Below, piece by piece: positions 27,530 through 36,699 of a stretch of DNA of 64,000 nt (position 1 is the first letter of the stretch; the number at the start of each line of letters is the position of its first letter). The position numbers and the translations under genes were made by a program. The notes under the pieces are model-generated. The model saw only the letters and a list, made by a program, of their open reading frames with translations. It was not told the origin of the DNA and did no database searches. Source of the stretch: an uncultured Microthrixaceae bacterium (GTDB lineage Bacteria; Actinomycetota; Acidimicrobiia; Acidimicrobiales; VFJN01); assembly GCA_963715505.1 (NCBI GenBank), contig OY970242.1:2683788-2747787 (forward strand). Reading direction: 5' to 3'.

Positions 27530-29443
27530 TCAGGTGGCGTGGGACGCCCAGGTGGCGACCATGGCGGCGTAGCGGCCACCGCTCGCCACGAGCTCGTCGT
27601 GGGTCCCCAGCTCGACGACCCGGCCGTCGTGGATCACCGCGATGCGGTCGGCACGCATCGCCGTGGCCAGCCGGTGCGCGATGAGGATGGCGGTGCGACC
27701 TTCGAGCAGCGTGTCGAGCGCCTCCTCGATCTTGGCCTCCGAGCGGAGGTCGAGGTTGGAGGTGGCCTCGTCGAGCACGAGGATCCGCGGCCGGGCGAGG
27801 AAGGCGCGCGCCAGCGCCAGCAGCTGGCGCTCACCTGACGACAGCGACACGCCACGCTCGTGCACGGGGGTGTCGAGGCCCTCGGGGAGCCGGTCGAGCA
27901 GATCGCCCAGGCCGACGAGTCGGCACGCCTCGACGACCTCGGCGTCCTCGGCCTCTGGCCGGGCGAAGGACACGTTGGTGCGTATCGATCCGCCGAAGAG
28001 GAACGGCTCCTGGGGCACGGTGCCGACCTGGCGGCGCACCGACGCGAGGGTCACCCCGCGCAGGTCGACGCCGTCGAGCCGCACCGTTCCCTGGGTGGGG
28101 TCGTAGAGCCGGTTGACGAGCTTGGCGATGGTCGACTTGCCGGCGCCGGTCTCGCCGACGAAGGCGAACGTCTCGCCCGGGGCGATGGTGAGGTCGACGT
28201 CGCGCAGCACGGGACGACCCGGCTCGTACGCGAACGTCACGGACTCGAGCCGCACCTCGCCGTCGAGCTCGGGCAGCTCGGCTGCCCCGGGCTGCTCCAG
28301 CACCGAGGGCTGCTCCGCCAGCAGGTCGCGCAGCTTGCGGACCGACGCCTGCCCCTGCTGGTAGGTGTTGTAGAGCTGCACCAGCTGCTGGATCGGCGCG
28401 AAGAAGGCGGTCAGGTAGAGGACGAACGCCACCAGGGTGCCGAGCTCCATCGAGCCGTCGAGCACCCACCGCCCGCCCACGACGAGGATGACGACCTGAC
28501 CGCCGAGCCCGACGGCCTCGGTGATGCCGCCGTAGGCGGCACCGACCGTGGCGGTGGCGTCGTTGGCGCGCTGGTAGGCGTGCACGATCGTGCGGTGCTC
28601 GGCGGTGTTCCGGCGCTGGCGGTTGTGACCCGTGACGATGCGCACACCGGAGAGGCTCTCCTGCAGGTGGGCGAGCACGTCGGCGATCCGGTCGCGGACG
28701 GCGTCGAACGTGGAGTCCGACGCCACCCGGTACCAGAGCGTTGCGGCCACCATCGGAGGCAGCACGACGAGCAGGGTCACGGCCGCGAGCCCCGGGTGGA
28801 GGAAGAACAGCACGCCCGTGACGAACACCATCGTCAGGCCCTGCACGAAGAGCTGGACCAGGCCCTCCTGGAGCAGCTGCGTGAGGTTGTCGAGGTCGCT
28901 CGTCATGCGCGTCATCAGGCGTCCCGCCTTCTCCCGCGAGAAGAAGTCGACGGACAGCCGTTGGAAGTGGGCGAAGACCTTGAGGCGCAGGTCGTAGAGC
29001 AACCGCTCCCCCACCCGCCCGGTCCAGGCGATGCGGAGCCGGCTGGCGACGGCGCCGACCACGACGCTCAGGAGGTAGGCGACGGCGACGGCGACCACGA
29101 CGCCGCGCTCGCCGGCGCGGATGCCGTCGTCGATGGCGATCTGCGTCAGCAGCGGCCCCGCCTGGAGTGTGACGGTCTCGAGGACGACCAGCACGATGGC
29201 CCCGACCAGCGCAGCGCGGTGCGGGCGCAGCAGGTGCCGGAGCGAGAACCGTCGGCGATCGGTCTGCACCTGGTCGTAGGCGACCGGCTGCCCGTCGTGG
29301 TCGGGCTCGCCGCGGAGCAGCCGGTCGACGCGCGACTGCATCTCCGGCGGCACGCCCGCGAAGGGCAGCCGAGCGCCACCGGCACCACCGGGCCCACCGA
29401 AGGGCGCGCCACCACCACCGAAGCCGCCACCACCCCAGGCCAC
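27530..29443 (-). CDS. ABC exporter, fused permease-ATPase subunit (second gene of a heterodimer pair)
   Basis: GTG 29443 is preferred, giving a 16-nt gap after the upstream stop, over the track start at 29482. Gly-rich N-terminus (VAWGGGGFGGGGAPFGGPGG). Six TM helices, Walker A GETGAGKST, signature LSSGERQ, Walker B ILVLDEATS. Confidence 0.85.
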   Translation of the reverse strand: MAWGGGGFGGGGAPFGGPGGAGGARLPFAGVPPEMQSRVDRLLRGEPDHDGQPVAYDQVQTDRRRFSLRHLLRPHRAALVGAIVLVVLETVTLQAGPLLTQIAIDDGIRAGERGVVVAVAVAYLLSVVVGAVASRLRIAWTGRVGERLLYDLRLKVFAHFQRLSVDFFSREKAGRLMTRMTSDLDNLTQLLQEGLVQLFVQGLTMVFVTGVLFFLHPGLAAVTLLVVLPPMVAATLWYRVASDSTFDAVRDRIADVLAHLQESLSGVRIVTGHNRQRRNTAEHRTIVHAYQRANDATATVGAAYGGITEAVGLGGQVVILVVGGRWVLDGSMELGTLVAFVLYLTAFFAPIQQLVQLYNTYQQGQASVRKLRDLLAEQPSVLEQPGAAELPELDGEVRLESVTFAYEPGRPVLRDVDLTIAPGETFAFVGETGAGKSTIAKLVNRLYDPTQGTVRLDGVDLRGVTLASVRRQVGTVPQEPFLFGGSIRTNVSFARPEAEDAEVVEACRLVGLGDLLDRLPEGLDTPVHERGVSLSSGERQLLALARAFLARPRILVLDEATSNLDLRSEAKIEEALDTLLEGRTAILIAHRLATAMRADRIAVIHDGRVVELGTHDELVASGGRYAAMVATWASHAT

Positions 29444-29459
29444 TAGCGCGCCACCCCCG

Positions 29460-31424
29460 TCACGGCAGGTCCCCGAGGCCACCGAGGCGGGGCGCGGGCG
29501 CGTCGGTGTCGGCCAGCTCCGAGCGCCGTGCCGCCGCGGCCGCCGCCAGCTCCGCTCGCTCCCGACGCTCCGCGTCGGTCTCCTCGATCTGGGCGAGCAC
29601 CTCGGCGTAGCGGGGCTCGGTGGCCATCAGCTCGGCGTGGGTGCCGTCGGCCACGATGCGACCGCCGTCGAGCAGCACCACCCGCTTTGCCAGGTTGATC
29701 GTAGACATCCGGTGGGCGATCACCAGCGTCGTGCGCCCCTCCATGAGGACGCGCAGGGCCGCGTGGATCTCCTCCTCCACGCGCACGTCGATGGCGCTCG
29801 TGGCGTCGTCGAGGATCAGGACCGCCGGGTCGTCGAGCAGCGTCCGGGCGATGGCGATGCGCTGGCGCTGTCCGCCCGAGAGCGTGTAGCCGCGCTCGCC
29901 GACCTCGCTGTCGAAGCCGTCGGGCAGCTCGTCGATGAACGCCTCGGCACCGGCTGCGCGCGCCGCCGCGCGCACCTCCTCGTCGCTGGCGTCGGGCCGG
30001 CCGTAGGCGATGTTCTCGCGGACCGACGCAGAGAAGAGGAACGGCTCGTCGAGCACCAGGCCGACCGCGGCCCGCAGGCTCCGCACGGTGAGATCGCGCA
30101 CGTCGTGGCCGTCGACGCGCACGGTTCCCGAGGAGACGTCGTAGAAGCGCGGCACGAGCCGGGCGATCGTCGACTTGCCGCTGCCGGTCCGTCCGATGAG
30201 CGCCACGGTCTCGCCCGGCGCGAGGCGCAGGTCGAGGTGCTCCAGCACGGGCCCGGCCTCGCCGTAGCGGAAGGTGACGTCGTCGAAGGCCACCGCACCG
30301 CGCGGCTCGACGAGGTCGACGGCACCCGGCCGATCGACGATGTCGGGCTCGGCGTCGAGGATCTCGTAGATGCGGTCGGCCGAGGCGGCGGCGCGCTGGC
30401 CGAGCAGCAGCATGAAGCCGAGGACCCGGAACGGCGCCTGGAGGAGCACCACATAGGTGCTGAACGCCACGATGGTGCCCACGGTGACGGTGCCGTCGAG
30501 GGCGAGGAGCCCGCCGTAGAGCAGCACCGCCGCCAGGCCGAGCCTCGGCAGCGCCTCCATGAGCGGGGCGTAGCGCGCCCGCACGTCGACCTGGCGGATC
30601 GACGCCCATCGCAGGCGTCGTGCGGCGAGGGCCAGAGCGTCGAGCTGCTGGGGCTCCGCCGCGAAGGACTTCACGACCCGCGCACCCGTCACGTTCTCCT
30701 CCACGATCGTGGCGACGTCGGCCGTGCGAGCCTGCACCACCCACGAGATGGGGAACATGAGCTCGCGCATCTTCACCCCCACCACGTAGACCAGCGGGAT
30801 CGGGGCCACCGCCACCAAGGTGAGCGGCACGTGCACCGAGAGCATGATCGCGAGCGCGACGACGAAGCTGGTGAGGCTCAGCGCCACGATCGGCATGAAC
30901 GTCAGGAACATCTGGACGGAGCGGATGTCGCTGTTGGCGCGGGAGATGAGCTGGCCCGACTGGACCCGGTCGTAGAACGTGAACGACAACCGGCCCAGGT
31001 GCTCGTAGATCGAGGTGCGCAGGTCGTACTCGAGGCCGAAGGCGACCTTGAAGATCGTCGAGCGGTACAGGAAGGTCAGCACGCCGCGCGCCACGGCCAG
31101 CACGACCAGGACGACCAGGAACGGACCGAGCGCGCTCGTGCGCTGCGTGAGGGCCCGGTCGATGGCGGCCATGAGGACCCGCGGCGCGACCACCTGGGCG
31201 ACCATGGCGACGAAAGCGCACGCCAGGCCGAAGGCCAGCCGCCCGCGGCGTGCCACCAGCAGCGGCAGCACGCGGCGGACCCACCCGAGCGAGCGGTCCG
31301 GGTCGATGCTGGCGACAGGCGTGGGGGCGGCCGGCCCGCCCGGGAGCGGTGGCTCGTAGGGCCGCGGCGCGTCGGCCAAGGCAGCGAGGTCGCGGTCGAG
31401 CGCCGTCACAGGGTCGGGGAACAC
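29460..31424 (-). CDS. ABC exporter, fused permease-ATPase subunit (first gene of the pair)
   Basis: 654 aa. Walker A GRTGSGKST, signature LSGGQRQR, Walker B LILDDATSAID. ISRANSDIRSVQMF lies in the TMD. Confidence 0.85.
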   Translation of the reverse strand: MFPDPVTALDRDLAALADAPRPYEPPLPGGPAAPTPVASIDPDRSLGWVRRVLPLLVARRGRLAFGLACAFVAMVAQVVAPRVLMAAIDRALTQRTSALGPFLVVLVVLAVARGVLTFLYRSTIFKVAFGLEYDLRTSIYEHLGRLSFTFYDRVQSGQLISRANSDIRSVQMFLTFMPIVALSLTSFVVALAIMLSVHVPLTLVAVAPIPLVYVVGVKMRELMFPISWVVQARTADVATIVEENVTGARVVKSFAAEPQQLDALALAARRLRWASIRQVDVRARYAPLMEALPRLGLAAVLLYGGLLALDGTVTVGTIVAFSTYVVLLQAPFRVLGFMLLLGQRAAASADRIYEILDAEPDIVDRPGAVDLVEPRGAVAFDDVTFRYGEAGPVLEHLDLRLAPGETVALIGRTGSGKSTIARLVPRFYDVSSGTVRVDGHDVRDLTVRSLRAAVGLVLDEPFLFSASVRENIAYGRPDASDEEVRAAARAAGAEAFIDELPDGFDSEVGERGYTLSGGQRQRIAIARTLLDDPAVLILDDATSAIDVRVEEEIHAALRVLMEGRTTLVIAHRMSTINLAKRVVLLDGGRIVADGTHAELMATEPRYAEVLAQIEETDAERRERAELAAAAAARRSELADTDAPAPRLGGLGDLP

Positions 31425-31546
31425 CTCCTCGAGGGGCGCGCGGTGGGGCTGCGATGCCGCGCTTGACCAGCGGGTCAGGCGTCCATCAGGCTAGTCTCGA
31501 TAACGACCGTTCTCAGCAGGCACGACCGACGATCCGGGGGATTGCG

Positions 31547-32206
31547 TTGGCGGATCCGACCAAGCCACGCGCACCGTTCGCACCGTGGGACCGGCGCGAG
31601 CTGCCGGGAAGCTTCACGGTGGAGGAGTCGGCGCGGCGCGTCGGGCACTACAAGTGGATCGAGATGCGCCTCTTCGAGGTGCTCGGCGGGTGGGTCGCCA
31701 CCGTTCCCGAGCTCGACGTGAAGCTGCGCCTCGGCACCCACTGCTACCACCACGCGTGGCACGCCGAGCTGTGGCACAAGCGCCTCCCCGAGCTGCGCGA
31801 GATGAACCCCGAGCGGCTCACCGTCCCGCCCAACGACGAGCTCGTGGCCTTCGTCGACGCCCTCACCGAGCCCGAGGGGCCCGAGCTCACCATCGAGAAG
31901 CTGGTGGGCGCCTACCGGGTGCTGATCCCGGCCAAGATCGCCGCCTACACCTACCACCGCAACAACACGTCGACGATCACCGACGCGCCCACGATCCGCT
32001 CCCTCGGGTTCATCCTGCAGGACGAGCTCGACGACTGGCGCGACGGCGAGATGATGCTGCAGTCGCTCATCGAGACCGAAGCGGAGCTGCAGCGCGCCGT
32101 CGACCACCAGGCCCGGCTGCAGCAGCTCCTGCTGGCGGCCGGCGGCATCGCCGGCCCCGGCACGATCGGCGACTCCTACTCCACCGATACGGAGGCCCAC
32201 GCATGA
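31547..32206 (+). CDS. hypothetical all-helical protein; possible degenerate ferritin-like partner of the following gene
   Basis: Tail of ORF 31250..32206; the only plausible start is TTG 31547. Sequence: ...HYKWIEMRLFEVLGGW...GTHCYHHAWHAELWHKRL...FILQDELDDWRDGE. Its stop overlaps the next ATG (ATGA). Confidence 0.5.
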   Translation: MADPTKPRAPFAPWDRRELPGSFTVEESARRVGHYKWIEMRLFEVLGGWVATVPELDVKLRLGTHCYHHAWHAELWHKRLPELREMNPERLTVPPNDELVAFVDALTEPEGPELTIEKLVGAYRVLIPAKIAAYTYHRNNTSTITDAPTIRSLGFILQDELDDWRDGEMMLQSLIETEAELQRAVDHQARLQQLLLAAGGIAGPGTIGDSYSTDTEAHA

Positions 32207-33063
32207 GGAAGTCCTTCCCCGTCGAGGAGCTGGCCCGCGACGGCCGCTTCGTCCGCGTCCCGATGATGGAGCGGCTCAACGACCCGCGCACCGCTCGGCA
32301 GGAGCAGGCCGGTGCCAAGGGCAAGCGCGGTCCAGGTCGCCTCACCCCCGACCGCCCCGACGCGCCCGACGCCGCCCGGGCGCTGATGCACGGCATCTTC
32401 GTGGGCGAGATCCAGGCGCTCGAGGGCGCGGGACGCACGTGCTGGGACTTCGAGGTCGGCGCGGGCAACGGTGAGGGCATCCCCGAGGTGCCCTTCGAGC
32501 TGAAGCTCGACATGGCGCGCCAGTGCTGGGACGAAGCCCGTCACTGCGAGATCTCCATCAAGCTCAGCGGCCACATGGGCACCGAGCTCGGCGAGTTCTC
32601 CGAGAACACCTTCCTCTACGAGGCGGCCTGCAACCCCGACCCGGTGCTGCGCCTCACCGGCGTCAACCGGGCGCTCGAGGGCCTCGCCATCGACGTCTTC
32701 AACACGATGCGGGAGTTCGGCGACGTGGCCGGCGACCCGGTGCTGGAGTTCTGCGAGGACTGGATGCTCGCCGACGAGGTCACCCACGTGAAGATGGGCT
32801 CCGACTGGCTGCGCCGCCTCACGGCCGACGACAAGGACCGCCAGGCGCGCGCCCTGGAGTTCCAGCGCGTCGTCGACAAGCTCTTCTCGCTGGGAGGCTT
32901 CCGCGGCGAGGAAGAGGACAGCCCGGTCCGCCTGGCCCGTCGCTTCCGGGAGCTGGCCGGCTTCAAGGAAGACGAGATGGACACCCTCGCCGACATCGCC
33001 CGCGAGGCGCGCGAGGAGATGGAGGCCCGGGTCGAGGCCAACCGCACCGCGGTCGCCGGCTGA
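32203..33063 (+). CDS. ferritin-like diiron-carboxylate-fold protein (DUF455-like)
   Basis: MRKSFPVEELARDG...FVGEIQALEGAGRT...CWDEARHCEI...NRALEGLAIDVF...MLADEVTHVKMG. This gives two E...ExxH-type half-sites. Confidence 0.7.
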   Translation: MRKSFPVEELARDGRFVRVPMMERLNDPRTARQEQAGAKGKRGPGRLTPDRPDAPDAARALMHGIFVGEIQALEGAGRTCWDFEVGAGNGEGIPEVPFELKLDMARQCWDEARHCEISIKLSGHMGTELGEFSENTFLYEAACNPDPVLRLTGVNRALEGLAIDVFNTMREFGDVAGDPVLEFCEDWMLADEVTHVKMGSDWLRRLTADDKDRQARALEFQRVVDKLFSLGGFRGEEEDSPVRLARRFRELAGFKEDEMDTLADIAREAREEMEARVEANRTAVAG

Positions 33064-33074
33064 GCGCGCCTGCC

Positions 33075-33629
33075 ATGCCGGTGGAGATCCGGCCCGAGCA
33101 GTTCTCCATGGTGTTCTTCGACACCGCCGAGATCCGGGCCCTCGTCGAGCAGCTCGTCCGCGAGGTCGGCCTTCCCGCCGAGCTTGCCGTCGCGGTAGAG
33201 ATCGACGAGACCACCCCGCTCGGCCATGCCCGCGTGACCTCGATCGATCCCGTCGTGCTGCGCCTCGAGTCGGGGGCCCTCGAGGACCCGAAGCGCCCGC
33301 GCCAGCTCGACGCCGACGGCGCCGCCGACGTGCTCGGCCGCCTGCTGCTCGAGGTGCGCGACCGCCTCGACCCCGCCTTCGGCACGCCACCGCTCGAGGG
33401 CGAGCTCACCCTCCCCCAGGCTTCGGCGTGGCAGGTCTACTGCGTGGGCCGTCTCGGCCGGCTCGGCCACCGCGTGCAGCGCCAGCGCCGGCTCTACCAG
33501 TTCCGCAACCGGCACGGCTTCACCGACGTCGCCGACGCCGCCTTCGATCGGCTCTGGACCGGCGAGTCCCTCACCTGGGCCGACATCGACGAGATCTCCG
33601 CCGGCGCGAGGGCGGCGCGATCCGCCTGA
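33075..33629 (+). CDS. hypothetical protein (184 aa), third gene of the ferritin-like operon
   Basis: ATG 33075 is 12 nt after the previous stop. Sequence: MPVEIRPEQFSMVFFDTAEIRALVEQLVREVGLP.... No motif recognised. Confidence 0.5.
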   Translation: MPVEIRPEQFSMVFFDTAEIRALVEQLVREVGLPAELAVAVEIDETTPLGHARVTSIDPVVLRLESGALEDPKRPRQLDADGAADVLGRLLLEVRDRLDPAFGTPPLEGELTLPQASAWQVYCVGRLGRLGHRVQRQRRLYQFRNRHGFTDVADAAFDRLWTGESLTWADIDEISAGARAARSA

Positions 33630-33636
33630 GGGCTCG

Positions 33637-34626
33637 CTAGGGCTGACCGCCGGCGTTGGGGTTGCGGTTGGCCTGTCCGGTGTCGCTGGCGTTGCCCGCG
33701 TTGCCGTTGGCGTTGGCGTTGCCCTGGCCGTTGGCGTTGGCGTCGTCCTGCGCATCCGCGTTGCCCTGGCGGTGGGCGTTGGCGTTGGCGTTGCCCGCGC
33801 TGCCGTTGGCGCTGCCCTGGCCGTTGGCGTTGCCCGCGCTGCCGTTGGCGCTGCCCTGGCCGTTGGCGTTGCCCTGGCCGTTGCTGGCGGGCGGGTCGGC
33901 GGGCGCCCCGGAACCGCCCGGCGTCGCAGGGTCGGAGCTGTTGCCACCGGCGTTGCTGTGCTCCGGCGGGGCTCCCGGGTCAGGGTTGCCACCGGCGCCG
34001 GGTGGTTCGGGCGGTGCGGCCGGGGTCGCCGGCTCTCCGTCGCCAGGCGTGCCCGGGTCCCCCGGCGTGGCGCCGCCGGGCGTCGGTGCCTCGATCCCGT
34101 CCTCGCCCTCGGCGCCACGCTCGCGCGCTTCGTCGCCGCGCCCGCGCCCCTTGTCGAGGCGGCCGCCGTCGTCACGCTCCTCGGCGCGGGGCACCTCGAC
34201 GCCGACGAGCTCCGCGGCCGACGACACCACGTTCTGGACGCCCGCCGGGAGGCTGTTCTGCGACGCACCCACACCGACCCCCACGAGCATCGCGGCCGCT
34301 GCGCCCGCGACGATGGCGGTCTTCGCCGCGGCGAGGGTCAGGGCCCGGCGTGGCGCGAGTGGCGTGACCACCGACTCGGCCAGCTGGCGGCGCAGCGCCG
34401 CGCCCATCTCGGGCACGTCGTCGTGGCGCACGTGGCGCCGCAGGGCCCGCGCCAGCTCGGCGATGGGCGCGAGGTCCTCGCCGCCCGCGGGCACGGACCC
34501 GCGGAGCAGCTTGTCCACGTCGCGATCGGAGAGTGCGCCGAGCCTTGCCATCCAGGCATGGTCAACGTCGTCGGGCGAGGCCGAGATACGGCCGGTGAGG
34601 TCGGCGGGGCGATGCTCGTCAGTCAC
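33637..34626 (-). CDS. putative anti-sigma factor: N-terminal cytoplasmic domain, one TM helix, and a long disordered Pro/Gly then Asn/Gly/Ala/Gln repeat tail
   Basis: GTG 34626 overlaps the sigma-factor stop (GTGACTGA). TM helix: TAIVAGAAAAMLVGVGVGA. The tail reads ...GNANGQGSANGSAGNANGQGSANGSAGNANANAH.... Confidence 0.55.
   Translation of the reverse strand: MTDEHRPADLTGRISASPDDVDHAWMARLGALSDRDVDKLLRGSVPAGGEDLAPIAELARALRRHVRHDDVPEMGAALRRQLAESVVTPLAPRRALTLAAAKTAIVAGAAAAMLVGVGVGASQNSLPAGVQNVVSSAAELVGVEVPRAEERDDGGRLDKGRGRGDEARERGAEGEDGIEAPTPGGATPGDPGTPGDGEPATPAAPPEPPGAGGNPDPGAPPEHSNAGGNSSDPATPGGSGAPADPPASNGQGNANGQGSANGSAGNANGQGSANGSAGNANANAHRQGNADAQDDANANGQGNANANGNAGNASDTGQANRNPNAGGQP
33790..33867. 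repeat. perfect 39-bp tandem duplication inside the anti-sigma tail
   Basis: GTTGCCCGCGCTGCCGTTGGCGCTGCCCTGGCCGTTGGC occurs twice (33790-33828, 33829-33867). It is embedded in degenerate GTTGGC/GTTGCC hexamer repeats from about 33655 to 33895. Confidence 0.85.
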
Positions 34627-35200
34627 GGCTGGCGTCCTCGCGCTCGAGGTGTCGGCGCAGCGTGGCCAGCGCCCGGTGCTGCAGGGACTTGATGGCGCCC
34701 CGACGCTTGCCCAGCGCGATGGCGGTGTCCTCCAGCGAGAGGTCGGCGACGACGCGCAGCAGCAGCACGTCGCGCTGGTCGGGGGAGAGCACCTCGAGCA
34801 GCGCGCGGAGGCGGTCGTCGCCGAGCGCGTCGAGCGCGTCGACCTCCACGTCGCCGACGATGGCGCCCTCGGTGATCTCGGCGTCGACCAGGCGGGGCCG
34901 CCGGCCGGTGGCCCGGCGCTCGTCGACCATGCGGTGGTGCGCGATCGTGAAGACCCACGACCGGAAGCCCGCCGCGTCGCCCGTGAAGCGGGCCAGGTTG
35001 CGGTGGACCTGCGCCAGCACCTCGTTGGTGACGGCGTCGACGTCGTGCACGCCGTGCCAGCGCAGGTAGCCGGCGACCGACGGGGCCAGCGACCGGTAGA
35101 TGCGCTCGAAGGCGCCGACCGAGCCCGCCTTCGCCGCGTCGACATCGCCCGCCAGCGGATCCGACCCGGCATCCCGCGGCGTCACCACGACCGCCGGCAA
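34619..35200 (-). CDS. ECF-type RNA polymerase sigma factor
   Basis: Region 2: FERIYRSLAPSVAGYLRWHGVHDVDAVTNEVLAQVHRNLARF...FRSWVFTIAHHRMVDERR. Region 4: LSPDQRDVLLLRVVADLSLEDTAIALGKRRGAIKSLQHRAL. The start is TTG 35200 or GTG 35188/35185. Confidence 0.85.
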   Translation of the reverse strand: MPAVVVTPRDAGSDPLAGDVDAAKAGSVGAFERIYRSLAPSVAGYLRWHGVHDVDAVTNEVLAQVHRNLARFTGDAAGFRSWVFTIAHHRMVDERRATGRRPRLVDAEITEGAIVGDVEVDALDALGDDRLRALLEVLSPDQRDVLLLRVVADLSLEDTAIALGKRRGAIKSLQHRALATLRRHLEREDASRD

Positions 35201-35203
35201 GGC

Positions 35204-35530
35204 TCAGGCGAGGTCATGGGCGCTGATGGGCTCGAGCAGGTCGATCCGGGGCGGCGCTGCCAGGAGCCCCTCGCAGGCCGTCGCCATGGCCACCATGTCG
35301 GCGGAGTCGAAGTGGGCGCGCTGGGCTTGCGGGCTCTCCCACTTCTGCACGACCACGAACCGATCCGGCGTGGTGGCCGAGAGCGCCAGGTCGATGTTGC
35401 GACATCCGGGATGGCCTCGGCTCACGACGACGTAGCGCGCGAGGACCGACTGGAGCGCTTCTGCGTCCGCGGCATCGAAGGCCATCGTGACCATCATCAG
35501 CTCGACGCCCTCGTCGCTCGCTCGCGCCAT
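35204..35530 (-). CDS. ABM-domain (antibiotic-biosynthesis-monooxygenase-like) protein
   Basis: ...LMMVTMAFDAADAEALQSVLARYVVVSRGHPGCRNIDLALSATTPDRFVVVQKWESPQAQRAHF. The start is ATG 35530 or 35497. Its stop is 3 nt before the sigma-factor start. Confidence 0.6.
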   Translation of the reverse strand: MARASDEGVELMMVTMAFDAADAEALQSVLARYVVVSRGHPGCRNIDLALSATTPDRFVVVQKWESPQAQRAHFDSADMVAMATACEGLLAAPPRIDLLEPISAHDLA

Positions 35531-35751
35531 TCCGTCATCGACCTCCGCCGTGCAGCAGCGTACGCTGGTCGGCATCGGCTCTGGTCGCCCTGGCCTTGAC
35601 CAGCGCTTTTGCCCGCACGGCGGTGGGTCCCCGAGCAAGGGGTTGGGACCCTTGACCGAATCGGTATCGTAGATCCGTACCCGGGTCCGGATGGTCCCAG
35701 CCCCAGCGGTGGGCGCCCGCCAGCTGGCCTCACCCGCAACCGAGCAAGAAG

Positions 35752-36699
35752 GTGCATCCGTTGCCCAAGGAGCGCGTCGAACGCGACGAGGAGGATCTCG
35801 TCCGCCTCTATCTGACCGACATCGGTCAGTACCCGCTGCTGACGAAGGACGACGAGGTCCGGCTTGCCCAGGCGATCGAGGCGGGCAACGAGGCACGCAC
35901 CGAGCTCGACGCCGGCGGCAAGGACGTCACCCCCGCCCGCCGTCGCGAGCTGCGCCGCACGGCGCGCCACGGCGAGACGGCCGAGCGCACGTTCGTGCAG
36001 TCGAACCTGCGCCTCGTGGTGTCGATCGCCAAGAAGTACCAGGCGTCGGGCCTGCCCCTCCTCGACCTCATCCAGGAGGGCAACCTCGGGCTGATGCACG
36101 CCGTCGAGAAGTTCGACTGGCGCAAGGGGTTCAAGTTCTCCACCTACGCCACGTGGTGGATCCGCCAGGCGATCACCCGCGGCATCGCCAACACCGGCCG
36201 CACGATCCGCCTCCCCGTCCACGCCGGCGACACCCTCGCCCGGCTCCAGAAGGCCCGCGCCCGCCTCGAGCTGAAGCTGGGCCGGCCCGCCACCCTCGCG
36301 GAGCTCTCGGCCGAGGTCGAGATGCCCGAGGACAAGGTCACCGAGGCACTGCGCTTCGCCGCCGAACCGCTGTCGCTGTCCGAGCCCCTGCGCGAGGACG
36401 GCGACGCCGAGCTCGGCGACGTCGTGGAGGACCGCTCCGCCGAGTCGCCCTTCGAGGTGGCCGCCACGGCGCTGCTCCCCGAGGAGATCAACCGGCTCCT
36501 CGCGCCGCTCGACGACCGCGAGCGGGAGATCCTCAAGCTCCGCTTCGGGCTCGACCGCGGCGAGCCGCGCACGCTCGAAGAGGTCGGCGAGCACTTCAAC
36601 CTGACACGTGAGCGCATCCGCCAGATCGAGGCGCGCGCCATGTCGAAGCTGCGCCACCCCTCGTCAGACACCGGCGCTCGCGACCTGCTGGCGGTCTAG
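35752..36699 (+). CDS. sigB: group-2 (principal-like) sigma-70 factor
   Basis: DLVRLYLTDIGQYPLLTKDDEV...NLRLVVSIAKKY...LDLIQEGNLGLMHAVEKFDWRKGFKFSTYATWWIRQAITR...TLEEVGEHFNLTRERIRQIE. Confidence 0.9.
   Translation: MHPLPKERVERDEEDLVRLYLTDIGQYPLLTKDDEVRLAQAIEAGNEARTELDAGGKDVTPARRRELRRTARHGETAERTFVQSNLRLVVSIAKKYQASGLPLLDLIQEGNLGLMHAVEKFDWRKGFKFSTYATWWIRQAITRGIANTGRTIRLPVHAGDTLARLQKARARLELKLGRPATLAELSAEVEMPEDKVTEALRFAAEPLSLSEPLREDGDAELGDVVEDRSAESPFEVAATALLPEEINRLLAPLDDREREILKLRFGLDRGEPRTLEEVGEHFNLTRERIRQIEARAMSKLRHPSSDTGARDLLAV

Noticed and set aside
33655-33900. The short-period repeat field, considered as a possible CRISPR array or satellite.
   Set aside because: The repeats are contiguous hexamer and 39-bp units without unique spacers. 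They lie in frame inside a coding region (an Asn/Gly-rich protein tail).
35531-35751. Promoter for the sigB-like gene: two CTTGACC hexamers at about 35604 and about 35651, plus a GGGTCCC...GGGACCC hairpin.
   Set aside because: Neither TTGACC has a TANNNT -10 element at 16-18 nt spacing. No GGAAC-N17-GTT-type ECF promoter was seen either.
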